From positions 13,151 to 77,150 of IMG/VR virus record IMGVR_UViG_3300006224_000007: a stretch of DNA of 64,000 bases; one strand, given 5' to 3'. The DNA is from a virus. The notes under the pieces were generated by a model. That model was not told the DNA's origin. It did not search any database and worked only from the letters and a program-made list of their open reading frames with translations. Both the position numbers and the translations under genes were made by a program. Shown in pieces: positions 36,184 to 46,023 of this stretch; within the stretch, counting starts at the first letter, position 1; the number at the start of each line of letters is the position of its first letter.

Positions 36184-37085
36184 TGAATATAGCTATGCTT
36201 ACAACTTGGAATTCTGCTTGTGGTATTGCTGAGTACTCAAGAAATCTTGTTAAAGAGTTTTTAAAACTTGGACACAATGTTCTTGTATTAAACAATACTA
36301 CTGATGGAGAATCTATCCGTTCTGGAGCAGCTTTTGTTACATCAAAAGTATTTGGCGTACATTGGTGGGGAGAAGACCCAACATTTAAAACAGAGCTTGC
36401 TTTGGATATGCTTCATTATTTTGAAGGCGCAGTAGGTCCAATAGCTGTTTTTCATGTTCAATATCAAGGAAGTCTTTATGAGCCAGAGGGATTTAATAAG
36501 CTTGTAGAAAATATTAAATGCAAAAAAGTCATAACACTACATGATTCTTCTAAGAATTCTAAACATAATCTAGATATTTTTAATGATGTTATTACTCATA
36601 GTTTTCGGCCTACAGTAAGAAGGCATCAGCAGTATCATGGCTTTTTATTTCCTACTATAGAAAGAACTCCTATGGTATTCAGTTTTGGAATGGGAAGAAA
36701 TGACTATGCCTTTATTGAAAAGGCTTGTAAAGAGATTGGTATAGATTTTGAAGGCCATGATGCTAGAAAAAATGGCTGGCTATCAGAAGAAGCTCTATTT
36801 GAGAAGATGAATAATGCCGATGCTATTGTTTTATGGTATAATGATGTGCCAATAGAAGGTCAAAGTGCTGCATTACGAACAGCGATAAGTTCTATGAGGC
36901 CAGTTATAGTTAACGATGTTGGCTGGTTTAAAAATGAACCACCATTTGTATATAAAGTTAGAACTAAAGATGAGCTACAAAATAAACTTTTACATATTTT
37001 AAATCTATATTATATAAGACAGAACTCATTTCAAAATTGTGCAGAAAAATATCTGGAGGTATTCAGTGAAGTTAAAAAAGCTTAA
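36183..37085 (+). CDS. compact GT-B glycosyltransferase
   Basis: TWNSACGIAEYS, TLHD, AD..VL.Y, SAALR.AI....PVIV. Confidence 0.7.
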   Translation: MNIAMLTTWNSACGIAEYSRNLVKEFLKLGHNVLVLNNTTDGESIRSGAAFVTSKVFGVHWWGEDPTFKTELALDMLHYFEGAVGPIAVFHVQYQGSLYEPEGFNKLVENIKCKKVITLHDSSKNSKHNLDIFNDVITHSFRPTVRRHQQYHGFLFPTIERTPMVFSFGMGRNDYAFIEKACKEIGIDFEGHDARKNGWLSEEALFEKMNNADAIVLWYNDVPIEGQSAALRTAISSMRPVIVNDVGWFKNEPPFVYKVRTKDELQNKLLHILNLYYIRQNSFQNCAEKYLEVFSEVKKA

Positions 37086-37260
37086 TGATTCTACCGCTGT
37101 AGACGAAAAAGGTAATGGTTGGTTCAGATACAAAGCTGGAGAACGACATTCTCAATGGGTAAGTTGTATTGTATGTGGAAAAACCGTACAGTATTATTGG
37201 TCAGATTGGCCTGATTATGAAGCAAAAGTTTGTGATGTTTGTATGGTATGGGAGAAATAA
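37039..37260 (+). CDS. Zn-finger hypothetical protein
   Basis: CIVC...CDVC. Confidence 0.4.
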   Translation: MQKNIWRYSVKLKKLNDSTAVDEKGNGWFRYKAGERHSQWVSCIVCGKTVQYYWSDWPDYEAKVCDVCMVWEK

Positions 37261-37577
37261 TGAGAATTGATTTTTTACACCCAAAATTTCATGAGGGTTG
37301 GAATAGTACTGTTAGAAGAGGTATTCGCAGTATAAATCCTGGAGATAAAGTAGAATTATTTGAAACTGGAGCAGAAACTCCTGTAGCTATTGGAGAAGTA
37401 ACTGATATTATTGTAACTCAGCTTTCAACTATTTATATGTTTCCACAACTTATTCAATATCAACATGATGAAGAAACTCAACACTTACATGGTTTACTGG
37501 AAGCTATGGATAGAGCCTACCCAGGAATTAGACCGTCTGAAGTAATTACAATTATCTATTTTATGGTGGAGGAATAA
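37239..37577 (+). CDS. ASCH/PUA-like domain protein (probable start 37260)
   Basis: STVRRG....PGD.V, M...YP.......TII.F. Confidence 0.5.
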   Translation: MYGMGEIMRIDFLHPKFHEGWNSTVRRGIRSINPGDKVELFETGAETPVAIGEVTDIIVTQLSTIYMFPQLIQYQHDEETQHLHGLLEAMDRAYPGIRPSEVITIIYFMVEE

Positions 37578-38026
37578 TGGAAAGACCTAGTTGGGATGAA
37601 TACTTCATAGACTTAGCAGTATTAGTAGCTAGTCGCTCTACTTGTCTTAGAAAACAACACGGCGCAATTATAGTGAAAGACAAGCAAATTCTTAGTACAG
37701 GATACAATGGTACTCCCTCTAAAATAACTCACTGTGAAACTTGTTTTAGAGAAGAGCATAATATTCCTCATGGAACTATGTATGAGCTTTGCAAATCTAC
37801 CCATGCTGAAGCTAATGCTATTGTACAAGCGGCCAAACATGGAGTTTCTATTAATGGTGCCGATATGTATATTACTGGTATTCCGTGCCTTATGTGTGCA
37901 AGACTTATAATCAATGCTGGTATCAAGAATATAATTACTGCGTTTGATGAAAACGAAGACCAGATGCAAGCATCATTAGAGCTTCTTAAAGAAGCCAAAC
38001 TACCCTTTAGGAGAGTGGACTTGTAG
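37577..38026 (+). CDS. dCMP deaminase
   Basis: RPSWDEYF, RSTC, TGYNG, HAEANA, PCLMC. Confidence 0.92.
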   Translation: MERPSWDEYFIDLAVLVASRSTCLRKQHGAIIVKDKQILSTGYNGTPSKITHCETCFREEHNIPHGTMYELCKSTHAEANAIVQAAKHGVSINGADMYITGIPCLMCARLIINAGIKNIITAFDENEDQMQASLELLKEAKLPFRRVDL

Positions 38027-38238
38027 TGGAATGTCCAAGATGCCATAAGACACACTTTAATACTTTTATAATTAGCCGATATAAAGAGAAGATGCCTGTT
38101 AATAAATGTTGTATTTGTGGGTATCTTTGGATAGATGACAAAGATTTAATTACACTAACAAAGGCTGAGTCGAAGAAAATGTTCATAGAAACTTTGAGGA
38201 ATATGGGGAAATATGACCAACGAAAAGACAGTAGTTAA
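38026..38238 (+). CDS. TFIIB-type Zn-ribbon protein
   Basis: CPRC...C..CG.LW.D. Confidence 0.55.
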   Translation: MECPRCHKTHFNTFIISRYKEKMPVNKCCICGYLWIDDKDLITLTKAESKKMFIETLRNMGKYDQRKDSS

Positions 38239-40741
38239 ACTATCTCCTGCACTTGAAGAGAAGATAGTTGATAAAATTGTAGACCTTGCTCAATATATGG
38301 GAGAGATGAAATTCTACCCATATCAACTTCCTTTTGCTCGGAGACTAACTCAGAGCATTATCACTAATGAGGGTGCTACCCTCTCCGCTCTTTTTTCCCG
38401 TCAGTGTATTCTTCAAAAATCATTTATCATGGACCGTGATGGTAAGGTCATGTTCATTGAAAAACACCCTGATGCCTGGGAAACACAAAGTCAAGCTAAT
38501 ATTTTAGAGATTAAAACTCTTGGTGGTCATGTAATTAAATGCACAGAAGAACACCCTATTGCTACAGACCAAGGTTGGATGCCAGCCCAATGTGTAGAAA
38601 AGGGTACAAAAGTAGTAGTCCTAGACCAATGGAATAAGTTTGGAGATGGAATAATTCCATACAAGGACAAAACTTTTGTTATGAGTAATGATTTGGCTGA
38701 GTTAGTTGGATGGCTTACTGCAAATATCAGAGATTCAGAAGAAGTTAAAATCACCATAGGCCATAAAAGAGTCTTAGAACTGATTACAAAATATTTTCTT
38801 GATTCAGATTTTACTGCTAGAAAGACTAGTTTGACCATTCGATTGAATGGTCACTTAAAAAATTTCTTAAAATTTGTAATTAAATACAATAGTTATGGTA
38901 TGCCTGAAGGCATTAACTATTTTACTAGAGAACAGTTGATTAGATTCTTTTACCCACTATTTCTTACTAATGGAAAAACCTATAAGAAACCTAGCACTAT
39001 GAAGATAATGCTAAAAGACTTAAACTATTTTGCTCTATTGTTTTACAAGGAGCATCTTAATAAGCTAGGTTTACATGGAAACTACGAGATGTGGATTGGT
39101 CATAACTTAATTTTTCAATGTGCTACTAACTACTTACGTTTTAAAGAATTGTTTGAAGAATATCTTCCCAAAGAGTATTTTCCTTCTTTCTATCAGTATA
39201 GAAAAAGAGCCAGCAAAACTTTTGAAGGAGAAGATGGAGAAATTCTTACCTATGCTAGAGTACATTCAATAAAATGGGAAGCTGTGCATGTTCCTGTATG
39301 GGATATTAATGTTCCTGATAAGGGATGGTTTTTAGTTTCAGGTGCAAAAGTGCATAACTCAGGAAAAACTCAAGTTGTAGCTATGATTACGGCTGCTTGC
39401 ATGGTAGTTTTGCCTACGTTAGCAGAAAAATTTCCTGAGAATTTTGGCTTGTTTATTAAGGGATTTTGGGCTGGATGCTTTGGTCCTGTAGGAGAACAAG
39501 CTATTACAATGTTTGATAGAATCTACTCAGTTTTTGTTTCAGATAATAGTAAAAGATTATTCATTGAAGAGTTAAAGATGCCAATACCAGCGCAGGGTGG
39601 AGCGCGTGGAAACCTAATCAAGCTTAAAAATAAGTCCTTTGTACGTTATCAATCTGGTAGTCGTAGAGCAAAAGTTGAGTCTAAAACATACCATCTTATC
39701 ATTCTTGATGAATGTCAAGATATGGAATCCTTCAAGATTAAGAAGTCTATTCTTCCTATGGGTGCTGCTGTTAATGCTACAGTTGTAACTACAGGTACAC
39801 CTGATGTTTACATTGGTTATTTTTATGATACAATAGAACAGAATAAAGCCGAAGATATTAAAAATCCAGGTCCAAAGCAAATGCACTTTGAAATTGATTA
39901 TCAAGTTGCTCAAAAATATAATCCTATGTATAAGAAGTATATTCAAAAAGAGATAAAACGTCTTGGTTTTGAATCTGATGAATTCAAGATGGCCTATAGA
40001 CTTATTTGGCCTATAACAAAAGGGATGGTATTTACTAAATCTCAACTAGATGAAAAGTGTTATAATAAGGCATTGAAGTTTGTACAGGAATGGCATGAAA
40101 CACCTTGTATAGCTGGGCTTGACTTAGGAAAGGCTCAAAACTCTACAGTCGTGTTTGTTCTTAGACCTTTTTGGGAAGATGCTGACGAAGAAGGAAATGT
40201 TCCTAAACAAATTTTAAACTGGATGGAACTTGAAGGAGATGAATGGGAAGAACAATATCCAAAAGTGGTAGACTTTCTAAGCAACTATTGGATTGATTCC
40301 CTAGTCTGTGATTCAACAGGAGTAGGTAATCCTATAACAGAACGTTATGCTAAACTACTTCCTAATACAAACGTAGTTCCATTTGTATTTAGTCCTACCT
40401 CTAAAGATATTGGGTATAAATACTTTCTTCAAGAAGTTAATCAAAAGAGATTAATTATTCCCGCCCATACGAGCGTTCGTAATACTAATCGGTTCAAAAA
40501 ATTTGAGCATCAGATGACTACTTTGAAGAAACATTATAGTGGTAAGTTTTTAAGTCCATGCCCTATAGATGCCGATAAAGGTCATGATGACTATTGTGAT
40601 TCCTTGATGCTTGCTATATTCGGTACATTTTATGAAGTTATGCCTGAAATAGAAGAAACATACAATGATTTCTTCCTAGCATCAAGAGATAATATAGAAC
40701 AAACCTTTGGAAGAAACTATTCTAGACCGAGAAAAACATAA
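38213..40741 (+). CDS. terL: terminase large subunit (intein-containing)
   Basis: YPYQ, Walker A SRQ/SGKT split by the intein, LIILDECQ, TGTP, GLDLGK, DSTGVG, HDDYCDS; upstream of portal. Confidence 0.9.
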   Translation: MTNEKTVVKLSPALEEKIVDKIVDLAQYMGEMKFYPYQLPFARRLTQSIITNEGATLSALFSRQCILQKSFIMDRDGKVMFIEKHPDAWETQSQANILEIKTLGGHVIKCTEEHPIATDQGWMPAQCVEKGTKVVVLDQWNKFGDGIIPYKDKTFVMSNDLAELVGWLTANIRDSEEVKITIGHKRVLELITKYFLDSDFTARKTSLTIRLNGHLKNFLKFVIKYNSYGMPEGINYFTREQLIRFFYPLFLTNGKTYKKPSTMKIMLKDLNYFALLFYKEHLNKLGLHGNYEMWIGHNLIFQCATNYLRFKELFEEYLPKEYFPSFYQYRKRASKTFEGEDGEILTYARVHSIKWEAVHVPVWDINVPDKGWFLVSGAKVHNSGKTQVVAMITAACMVVLPTLAEKFPENFGLFIKGFWAGCFGPVGEQAITMFDRIYSVFVSDNSKRLFIEELKMPIPAQGGARGNLIKLKNKSFVRYQSGSRRAKVESKTYHLIILDECQDMESFKIKKSILPMGAAVNATVVTTGTPDVYIGYFYDTIEQNKAEDIKNPGPKQMHFEIDYQVAQKYNPMYKKYIQKEIKRLGFESDEFKMAYRLIWPITKGMVFTKSQLDEKCYNKALKFVQEWHETPCIAGLDLGKAQNSTVVFVLRPFWEDADEEGNVPKQILNWMELEGDEWEEQYPKVVDFLSNYWIDSLVCDSTGVGNPITERYAKLLPNTNVVPFVFSPTSKDIGYKYFLQEVNQKRLIIPAHTSVRNTNRFKKFEHQMTTLKKHYSGKFLSPCPIDADKGHDDYCDSLMLAIFGTFYEVMPEIEETYNDFFLASRDNIEQTFGRNYSRPRKT
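38405..39358 (+). mobile_element. intein (318 aa) with degenerate LAGLIDADG-like core
   Basis: starts at Cys after SRQ; block B CTEEHP; block F VWDINV; ends VHN followed by Ser; removal restores SRQSGKT. Confidence 0.9.
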
Positions 40742-40756
40742 TATTATAGAGAGGGG

Positions 40757-42346
40757 GTGTTTAAAATAACATACGCTTTACCTGGAAATTTTGATTCACA
40801 AGTATATTCTAGTACATTCTTTGCTCAAGTGTTCAACTTTGGTCCAGACCATTCTGAGCGAGTTACAAAATATCAAAACTGCTGGGATTTCTATGATGGA
40901 AAACATTGGACACAAACATCACCAGAAGGTTTTGACCAAGTTACAATTAACTATTGCAAAACTTTTGTTAAAAAACTAAGACGTTTTGCATTTAGAAATT
41001 CCTGGTCAATGGTATTTACTCCAGAGCAAATTGAAGATGGAATTGATACTTGGGTTAAAGATGTTTGGAAGAACAATAACTTGAAAGGAATTACGAATAC
41101 TGTGGCTGATTTTGGTGGTATTTTTGGGGATTGGTTTATCTATCCTCAATGGCTTCCTAGTGCAGATGATGATATAGAAAAGCCAACTAATCCTGCTGAT
41201 GTTAAATTAGTAGCCTTAGACCCTAGATATGTATTTCCACAATACAATTCGAAAACTGGAGATATGGAATTCTGTATCGTTTTGATTCCTTATCAAGATT
41301 TTAAACTTGTAGGAAACCAATTTGAATTAGAAAATAGAATCTATAGAGAGGTTCACACAAAAGAAAAAATCTTTATACAAGAACTAAATGAAAAAAATGA
41401 AGTTGTAGAAGACAGGGTAATTGACAATCCTCTTAATAAACTATTGATTGTTCATGGAATTCATCAACCTAAGCCTGGAAGCGATTTTGGCGCTGGTATT
41501 GTGGAGGACGTAATTGATGGAAATAAACTTTTCAATGAAAAAACTTCTGACGTATCCGATATCTTGGATTATCACGCTGCTCCTATTACTATTATTTACG
41601 GAGCCAAGGCGAGACAACTAGAAAAGGGAGCAAACAAGATATGGTCTGGTCTTCCTGCTAATGCTAAAGTAGAGAACTTATCTAGCCAAGGAAATATTCC
41701 TGCGGCTAGAGACTTCTTGAAAGACGTTAAAACTTGGATGCATGAATTAGCAAGTATTCCTGAAAAGTCCCTTGGTGGTGAAAGACAAATTAGTAATACT
41801 GCTGCCTCTGCATTAGCTATTGATTTTGAACCTATTATAGAGTTGGCAGAAGATGTTCAGTTTTATTTTGATACGGGTATAAAGAAAGTAAATGAGCTTA
41901 TTATAGATATTGGTATCTATACTGGAGCTATTAGTACAGACCTAGAAAAACCAATTCTATATGAACATCATATAGAGCATGGGTCTTTACTTCCTAGAGA
42001 TAGGTCTATCGACCTAGCAGATATTACTACAGAGATTAATCTTAGTATAGAGTCTAAAAGAGGCGCTATGCAAAGACTTGGAATTAAAAATGTTGATGCT
42101 AAGATTAAAGAAATTGAAGATGAAGAGGAAGAAGAAAAGAAACGTGCTATGGAGTTAGCTCAGAAATATATGCCACCTGAAATGGTATATGAGGCTGGTA
42201 ATACTGAAAACTTTGAAGAGCCAGATATATACGAGAAAGAAGAAGGTACTACTACTAAACAAAAAAAGGCAAGAAAAGCGGTGAATAAAAATCCTGTTGT
42301 TCATGGGCAACAAGTAACTGATGAAGCTACGGTTAATAAATCATAG
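40757..42346 (+). CDS. portal protein
   Basis: follows TerL; WDFYDGKH, NYCK.FV, SALAI.FEP, acidic tail; SPP1-type size. Confidence 0.85.
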   Translation: MFKITYALPGNFDSQVYSSTFFAQVFNFGPDHSERVTKYQNCWDFYDGKHWTQTSPEGFDQVTINYCKTFVKKLRRFAFRNSWSMVFTPEQIEDGIDTWVKDVWKNNNLKGITNTVADFGGIFGDWFIYPQWLPSADDDIEKPTNPADVKLVALDPRYVFPQYNSKTGDMEFCIVLIPYQDFKLVGNQFELENRIYREVHTKEKIFIQELNEKNEVVEDRVIDNPLNKLLIVHGIHQPKPGSDFGAGIVEDVIDGNKLFNEKTSDVSDILDYHAAPITIIYGAKARQLEKGANKIWSGLPANAKVENLSSQGNIPAARDFLKDVKTWMHELASIPEKSLGGERQISNTAASALAIDFEPIIELAEDVQFYFDTGIKKVNELIIDIGIYTGAISTDLEKPILYEHHIEHGSLLPRDRSIDLADITTEINLSIESKRGAMQRLGIKNVDAKIKEIEDEEEEEKKRAMELAQKYMPPEMVYEAGNTENFEEPDIYEKEEGTTTKQKKARKAVNKNPVVHGQQVTDEATVNKS

Positions 42347-42384
42347 GGTTAACTCTAGATAAAGAGTTAACCCTCCCCTTTTTT
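42345..42384 (+). terminator. intrinsic terminator after portal
   Basis: AGGGTTAACTCT/AGAGTTAACCCT 12 bp stem, then CCCC and T6. Confidence 0.7.
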
Positions 42385-42461
42385 GCCTTTTGTTAGAATT
42401 TAAAGTTAAATATTAAGTTGACCGATATTTAAAATAACTACGTTTAGAGTAAGGGGGTGAA

Positions 42462-42659
42462 ATGGCTAGAGGAACATTTAAACCTGAAAAACCTGCTAAG
42501 AATACAGAAAAGGTGGGTGTATTCAATAAGGCTGTTAATGATTTAAGACCAACTACAATGGATGATTCAGCTAATGCTGATGCTTGGGCAAAGCATGTTA
42601 ATCAAATTGGTTGGGAAAAAGAAGCATATAAGTCGGATGACCCTAATGCTACTTCGTAA
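42462..42659 (+). CDS. small hypothetical protein in the head module
   Basis: AAGGGGGTG RBS. Confidence 0.6.
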   Translation: MARGTFKPEKPAKNTEKVGVFNKAVNDLRPTTMDDSANADAWAKHVNQIGWEKEAYKSDDPNATS

Positions 42660-42678
42660 ATAAGAAAGGAGAACGAAA

Positions 42679-43422
42679 ATGTCTGATAATAATGACGCTC
42701 TTGAGCCGCAGAAAGAAGATGAGACAGACGAAAAGGAACTAGAAGGTAAGGAAACCCCGGTGGAGGGGAAAGAAAAAGAGGAAAAGAAAGAAGAGAAAAA
42801 AGAAGAGAAGTCTGTTGATGTTGAAGCTTATAAAAAAGCTCTTGAAGATGAGTGGTTAGAAAAAATTCGTACTCAAGAAAAAGCAAAGCTTTATGACTCT
42901 TTCGAGAAGTATAAAGAAGATGCTAAAAAAGCTAACGAAGCACGAAAAGCCGCTGAAGATAAGCTTAAAGAGTATGAAACTTCTAAGTTATCTGTTGAAG
43001 AACAATCCGTTCTTAAACTTGAACAACTAGAAGAATCTAATGCTAAATTACAAGCTCAAATGCAAGAATTGGTTGAGGAAGCTAACAACAAAATTAACAC
43101 TCTTCAGCTAGAGTTGGTCAAAAAAGAAGTGCTTGCACAGTATGGAGACGAAATAATTCCTGCACTTGTAACAGGAAGTACTATTGAGGAATTGACCCAA
43201 AGTGCCGAAAATGCTCATAGAGAATATATCTCTATTCGTGAACGTGAGCTTGCTAAGGTAAAAGATATTGTTAAACCAAAGACACAAATTGGTGGTGGAA
43301 TAAATCCTCAGAATGATAGACTTAATGCTGGAGTCAACGTTGCAGACTTAAATAAAATCACAGACCCAAAAATTTGGGAAGCTAATAGGGATAAATTCCT
43401 AGAAGAAGCTCTAAAATCATAA
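42679..43422 (+). CDS. capsid scaffolding protein
   Basis: Glu/Lys-rich coiled coil directly upstream of the capsid gene. Confidence 0.8.
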   Translation: MSDNNDALEPQKEDETDEKELEGKETPVEGKEKEEKKEEKKEEKSVDVEAYKKALEDEWLEKIRTQEKAKLYDSFEKYKEDAKKANEARKAAEDKLKEYETSKLSVEEQSVLKLEQLEESNAKLQAQMQELVEEANNKINTLQLELVKKEVLAQYGDEIIPALVTGSTIEELTQSAENAHREYISIRERELAKVKDIVKPKTQIGGGINPQNDRLNAGVNVADLNKITDPKIWEANRDKFLEEALKS

Positions 43423-43431
43423 TTTTAAAGA

Positions 43432-43452
43432 AAGGAAAGGGGGTGAATAACT
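43432..43452 (+). promoter_or_regulatory. 21 nt leader/RBS motif, copy 1
   Basis: AAGGAAAGGGGGTGAATAACT, identical to 46480-46500. Confidence 0.7.
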
Positions 43453-43455
43453 AGA

Positions 43456-44376
43456 ATGACAAGTTATCTTACTACTGCTCTTGCAGCTACGGGTGGAACT
43501 AATGTAAGACTTTCTGAAGTGGTTCTTACCATTTACAGCAAAGATATTATGTTCCAGGCGCAGCCTGTACTAAGATTTGACCAGTTTGCTCAGGTTAAAA
43601 CCGACCTTTCCGCTACTCCTGGTAAACAAATTACCTTCTTCAAGTATAATAACCTAACTGCTGGTGGCCTGTTAACTGAAGGTACGCCTCTGGCTACTAA
43701 AGCTTTGGCGGGTTCGCAAGTATCTATTGCGGTGTATGAATACGGTAACGCTGTTGCTGTGTCTAATATGCTGTTAGTTACTGCTTTCACAGATGTTATG
43801 GCTGATACTGCTAAATTGCTTGGACAAGATTATGCAAAAGTCATCGACGCTTTGGCGAGAGATACGGTTGAAGCTGGTGCCGGTAGTACTGTATTTGCTA
43901 ATGACAGAGCTAATGCTGATGCTATTACATCTACAGACTATCTAACAATGGAAGAAGTTAAAGACGCTGTTGAAATTCTTGCTACAAATAACGCGCAAAA
44001 GATTAACAACGACCATTGGGTTATGTTTGTGCATCCACACCAAAGCCGTAATCTGCGTGATGATGCTGACTGGGTAACAGTTGGTAAACTAGACCCTCAA
44101 CGTTTGTACAATGGGGAAATAGGACGTATTGATGACGTTATCTTCGTGGAAACTACTCAAGTTAGTATAGATGCTAATGAGGCAGCTACTCCTGTTGATA
44201 CTTACTCTGCTATCATGATTGGCGACAATGCTTTCGGTAAAGCCGTAGCGTTGCCGGTTGAAATGCGTGATAATGGTGTTGTAGACTTCGGGCGTGAGCG
44301 TGACTTAGCATGGTATACTATTGTTGGATATGGTGTTCTTAATGCTGATAACATCGTTAAAGTCCAAACTGCTTAA
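43456..44376 (+). CDS. major capsid protein (HK97 fold, N4-gp56-like family)
   Basis: LTEG, EYGNAV, VHPHQ..NLR, GEIGR..DV.FVET, DFGR; position; biased codons. Confidence 0.88.
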   Translation: MTSYLTTALAATGGTNVRLSEVVLTIYSKDIMFQAQPVLRFDQFAQVKTDLSATPGKQITFFKYNNLTAGGLLTEGTPLATKALAGSQVSIAVYEYGNAVAVSNMLLVTAFTDVMADTAKLLGQDYAKVIDALARDTVEAGAGSTVFANDRANADAITSTDYLTMEEVKDAVEILATNNAQKINNDHWVMFVHPHQSRNLRDDADWVTVGKLDPQRLYNGEIGRIDDVIFVETTQVSIDANEAATPVDTYSAIMIGDNAFGKAVALPVEMRDNGVVDFGRERDLAWYTIVGYGVLNADNIVKVQTA

Positions 44377-44391
44377 TCCTAAGTTTTGGCA

Positions 44392-44420
44392 TTGACAAGA
44401 CGGGGAGTGGATGATATTAT
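44392..44420 (+). promoter_or_regulatory. sigma70/sigmaA-type promoter
   Basis: TTGACA-N17-TATTAT with extended -10 TG at 44412. Confidence 0.7.
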
Positions 44421-44446
44421 GATATATTGTCTACTCCCCTATTTTA
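44402..44446 (+). terminator. long hairpin after the capsid gene (terminator-like)
   Basis: GGGGAGTGGATGATAT pairs with ATATTGTCTACTCCCC (G-U allowed), then TATTTTA. Confidence 0.55.
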
Positions 44447-44459
44447 TAAAGGAGATAAA

Positions 44460-44777
44460 ATGAGTAAAATAAAAAAAGCCATCTTTGAAGATGAGGAAGC
44501 TCTCCAGAGCATTGAAGAATTGAAAGAGATTACAGAAGAGCCTAAAGAAATACCAGAAGAAGAGATTGAAAAACTATTTAGCTATGAGCCGATTCAAGTA
44601 GAAGAGGTTCAAACAATAGAAACCACTATAGAGGTCATCCCTCTTAGGGATGATAGGTTTTCTTTTGGTGGAACATGGTATTATTTGACAAAAGGTAAAC
44701 CTCAAAAAGTGCCTATTGCGGTACGAGATTTTCTTTTAATGAACAAACAAAACCCGAGAATTAAGGATATATGGTAA
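44460..44777 (+). CDS. head-associated hypothetical protein
   Basis: AAAGGAG RBS before ATG 44460; G..Y...KG...KVP..V..FL. Confidence 0.55.
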   Translation: MSKIKKAIFEDEEALQSIEELKEITEEPKEIPEEEIEKLFSYEPIQVEEVQTIETTIEVIPLRDDRFSFGGTWYYLTKGKPQKVPIAVRDFLLMNKQNPRIKDIW

Positions 44778-45235
44778 ACTATAATAACATATTTCTTGAA
44801 AAAACAGGACAGTTAGATGCAACAAATCCTTGGGATGATACTAAAATTGAGGGTTTTCTAAACAACTACTCTTTTATTATTTCAAAGGATTATGCGACTC
44901 CTTGGGCTGATTTTGCTACTGTTCCTGATAGATATCAATATCCTGTTGTGCTTTATTCCGCTATACAATTTTGGTGGTTTAAAGCTGGAGAATCAGCAAC
45001 CAAATTTGATGTTCAAGTTGGTGGTACAACAGGCCAAAAATCAACACAGATTTTCTATCGTGCATTGGAAATGATAGATTATCTTACAAAAGAGCTTGAA
45101 AAAATTGCTTCTGATATAATGTTGGAAGATTCATCTGCTGGTGATATAATTGTTGGAGACTTAGTAAAACGTAGTAAATTTACAGGATATCTTGTTCCAA
45201 GAGAAGATGACCCAGCAGGAGATTGGACTAGTTAA
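44771..45235 (+). CDS. head-tail adaptor (putative)
   Basis: position and size. Confidence 0.5.
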   Translation: MVNYNNIFLEKTGQLDATNPWDDTKIEGFLNNYSFIISKDYATPWADFATVPDRYQYPVVLYSAIQFWWFKAGESATKFDVQVGGTTGQKSTQIFYRALEMIDYLTKELEKIASDIMLEDSSAGDIIVGDLVKRSKFTGYLVPREDDPAGDWTS

Positions 45236-46023
45236 TGGGAGTAATAGCTGACACATTTGGTCAGATTATAAATGATTTACAAAATGCTACAGGTGCAGGA
45301 GCAGCTAGATTTGGTCGTGTATCAGGGCATGTATCTACATTTGGACCAAGAGGAATGTGGACAGATGAAAAAACTGGGAGAAGATATGGACCAGAGCGCG
45401 GAGGAATTGGTGCAGCCCTTTTACTTACAATGAGTAGAGAAGATTTTGCTGCGGCTACTAGAAGAGTTAGAGCATATGAACGAATACCATATCTTACTGG
45501 TACATTTGCTTTAAATAAAGTTGGTCACTATATAATTGGTCATGATGGACCTGTAAATAGAGCTTTTGATACAGAAAGTGCGCCAGGTGGTGAGCCGTGG
45601 CAAGAGCTTTCTGATTCAGAAAAAAGATGGAGAGCGCATGGTGGTGGAGGAATGGTTGAAGGACCAATTCTTGATGATGCGACTGACCAAAATCCTTCTG
45701 AAAAACTTAAAATGATAGCTATGAGTGAATCCCAAATGCTACAAGTAAATGTTACTGGGCAATATGCTAGATTATTAGTAAGTCCTGAACATCTTGAAGG
45801 TAAAGCAAGATTTAAATTTTTTGTTCATCAACTAGGAAGTGATAATGGTTGGGGAATGGGAATAGAAATTCCTGCAAGACCATTCTTCCCTGAAAGTCCA
45901 GACGATTTAAATTCTGCTGAAGTTGCAACTATAACACATTTAATCACAGAAGGTATTGACGAAGGTGTGGAAGAAAGGGCTGCGGAGAGAGGATTACGAT
46001 TGGCGAGAGGTCTTAGAGGATGA
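45235..46023 (+). CDS. virion morphogenesis / tail completion protein (Mu gpG-like)
   Basis: F.TE..PGG..W..L, HQLG, IPARPF. Confidence 0.65.
   Translation: MGVIADTFGQIINDLQNATGAGAARFGRVSGHVSTFGPRGMWTDEKTGRRYGPERGGIGAALLLTMSREDFAAATRRVRAYERIPYLTGTFALNKVGHYIIGHDGPVNRAFDTESAPGGEPWQELSDSEKRWRAHGGGGMVEGPILDDATDQNPSEKLKMIAMSESQMLQVNVTGQYARLLVSPEHLEGKARFKFFVHQLGSDNGWGMGIEIPARPFFPESPDDLNSAEVATITHLITEGIDEGVEERAAERGLRLARGLRG

Noticed and set aside
42383-42450. Promoter upstream of the scaffold/capsid operon
   Set aside because: TTGCCT and TTGACC hexamers are present, but neither has a convincing -10 box at 16-18 nt.
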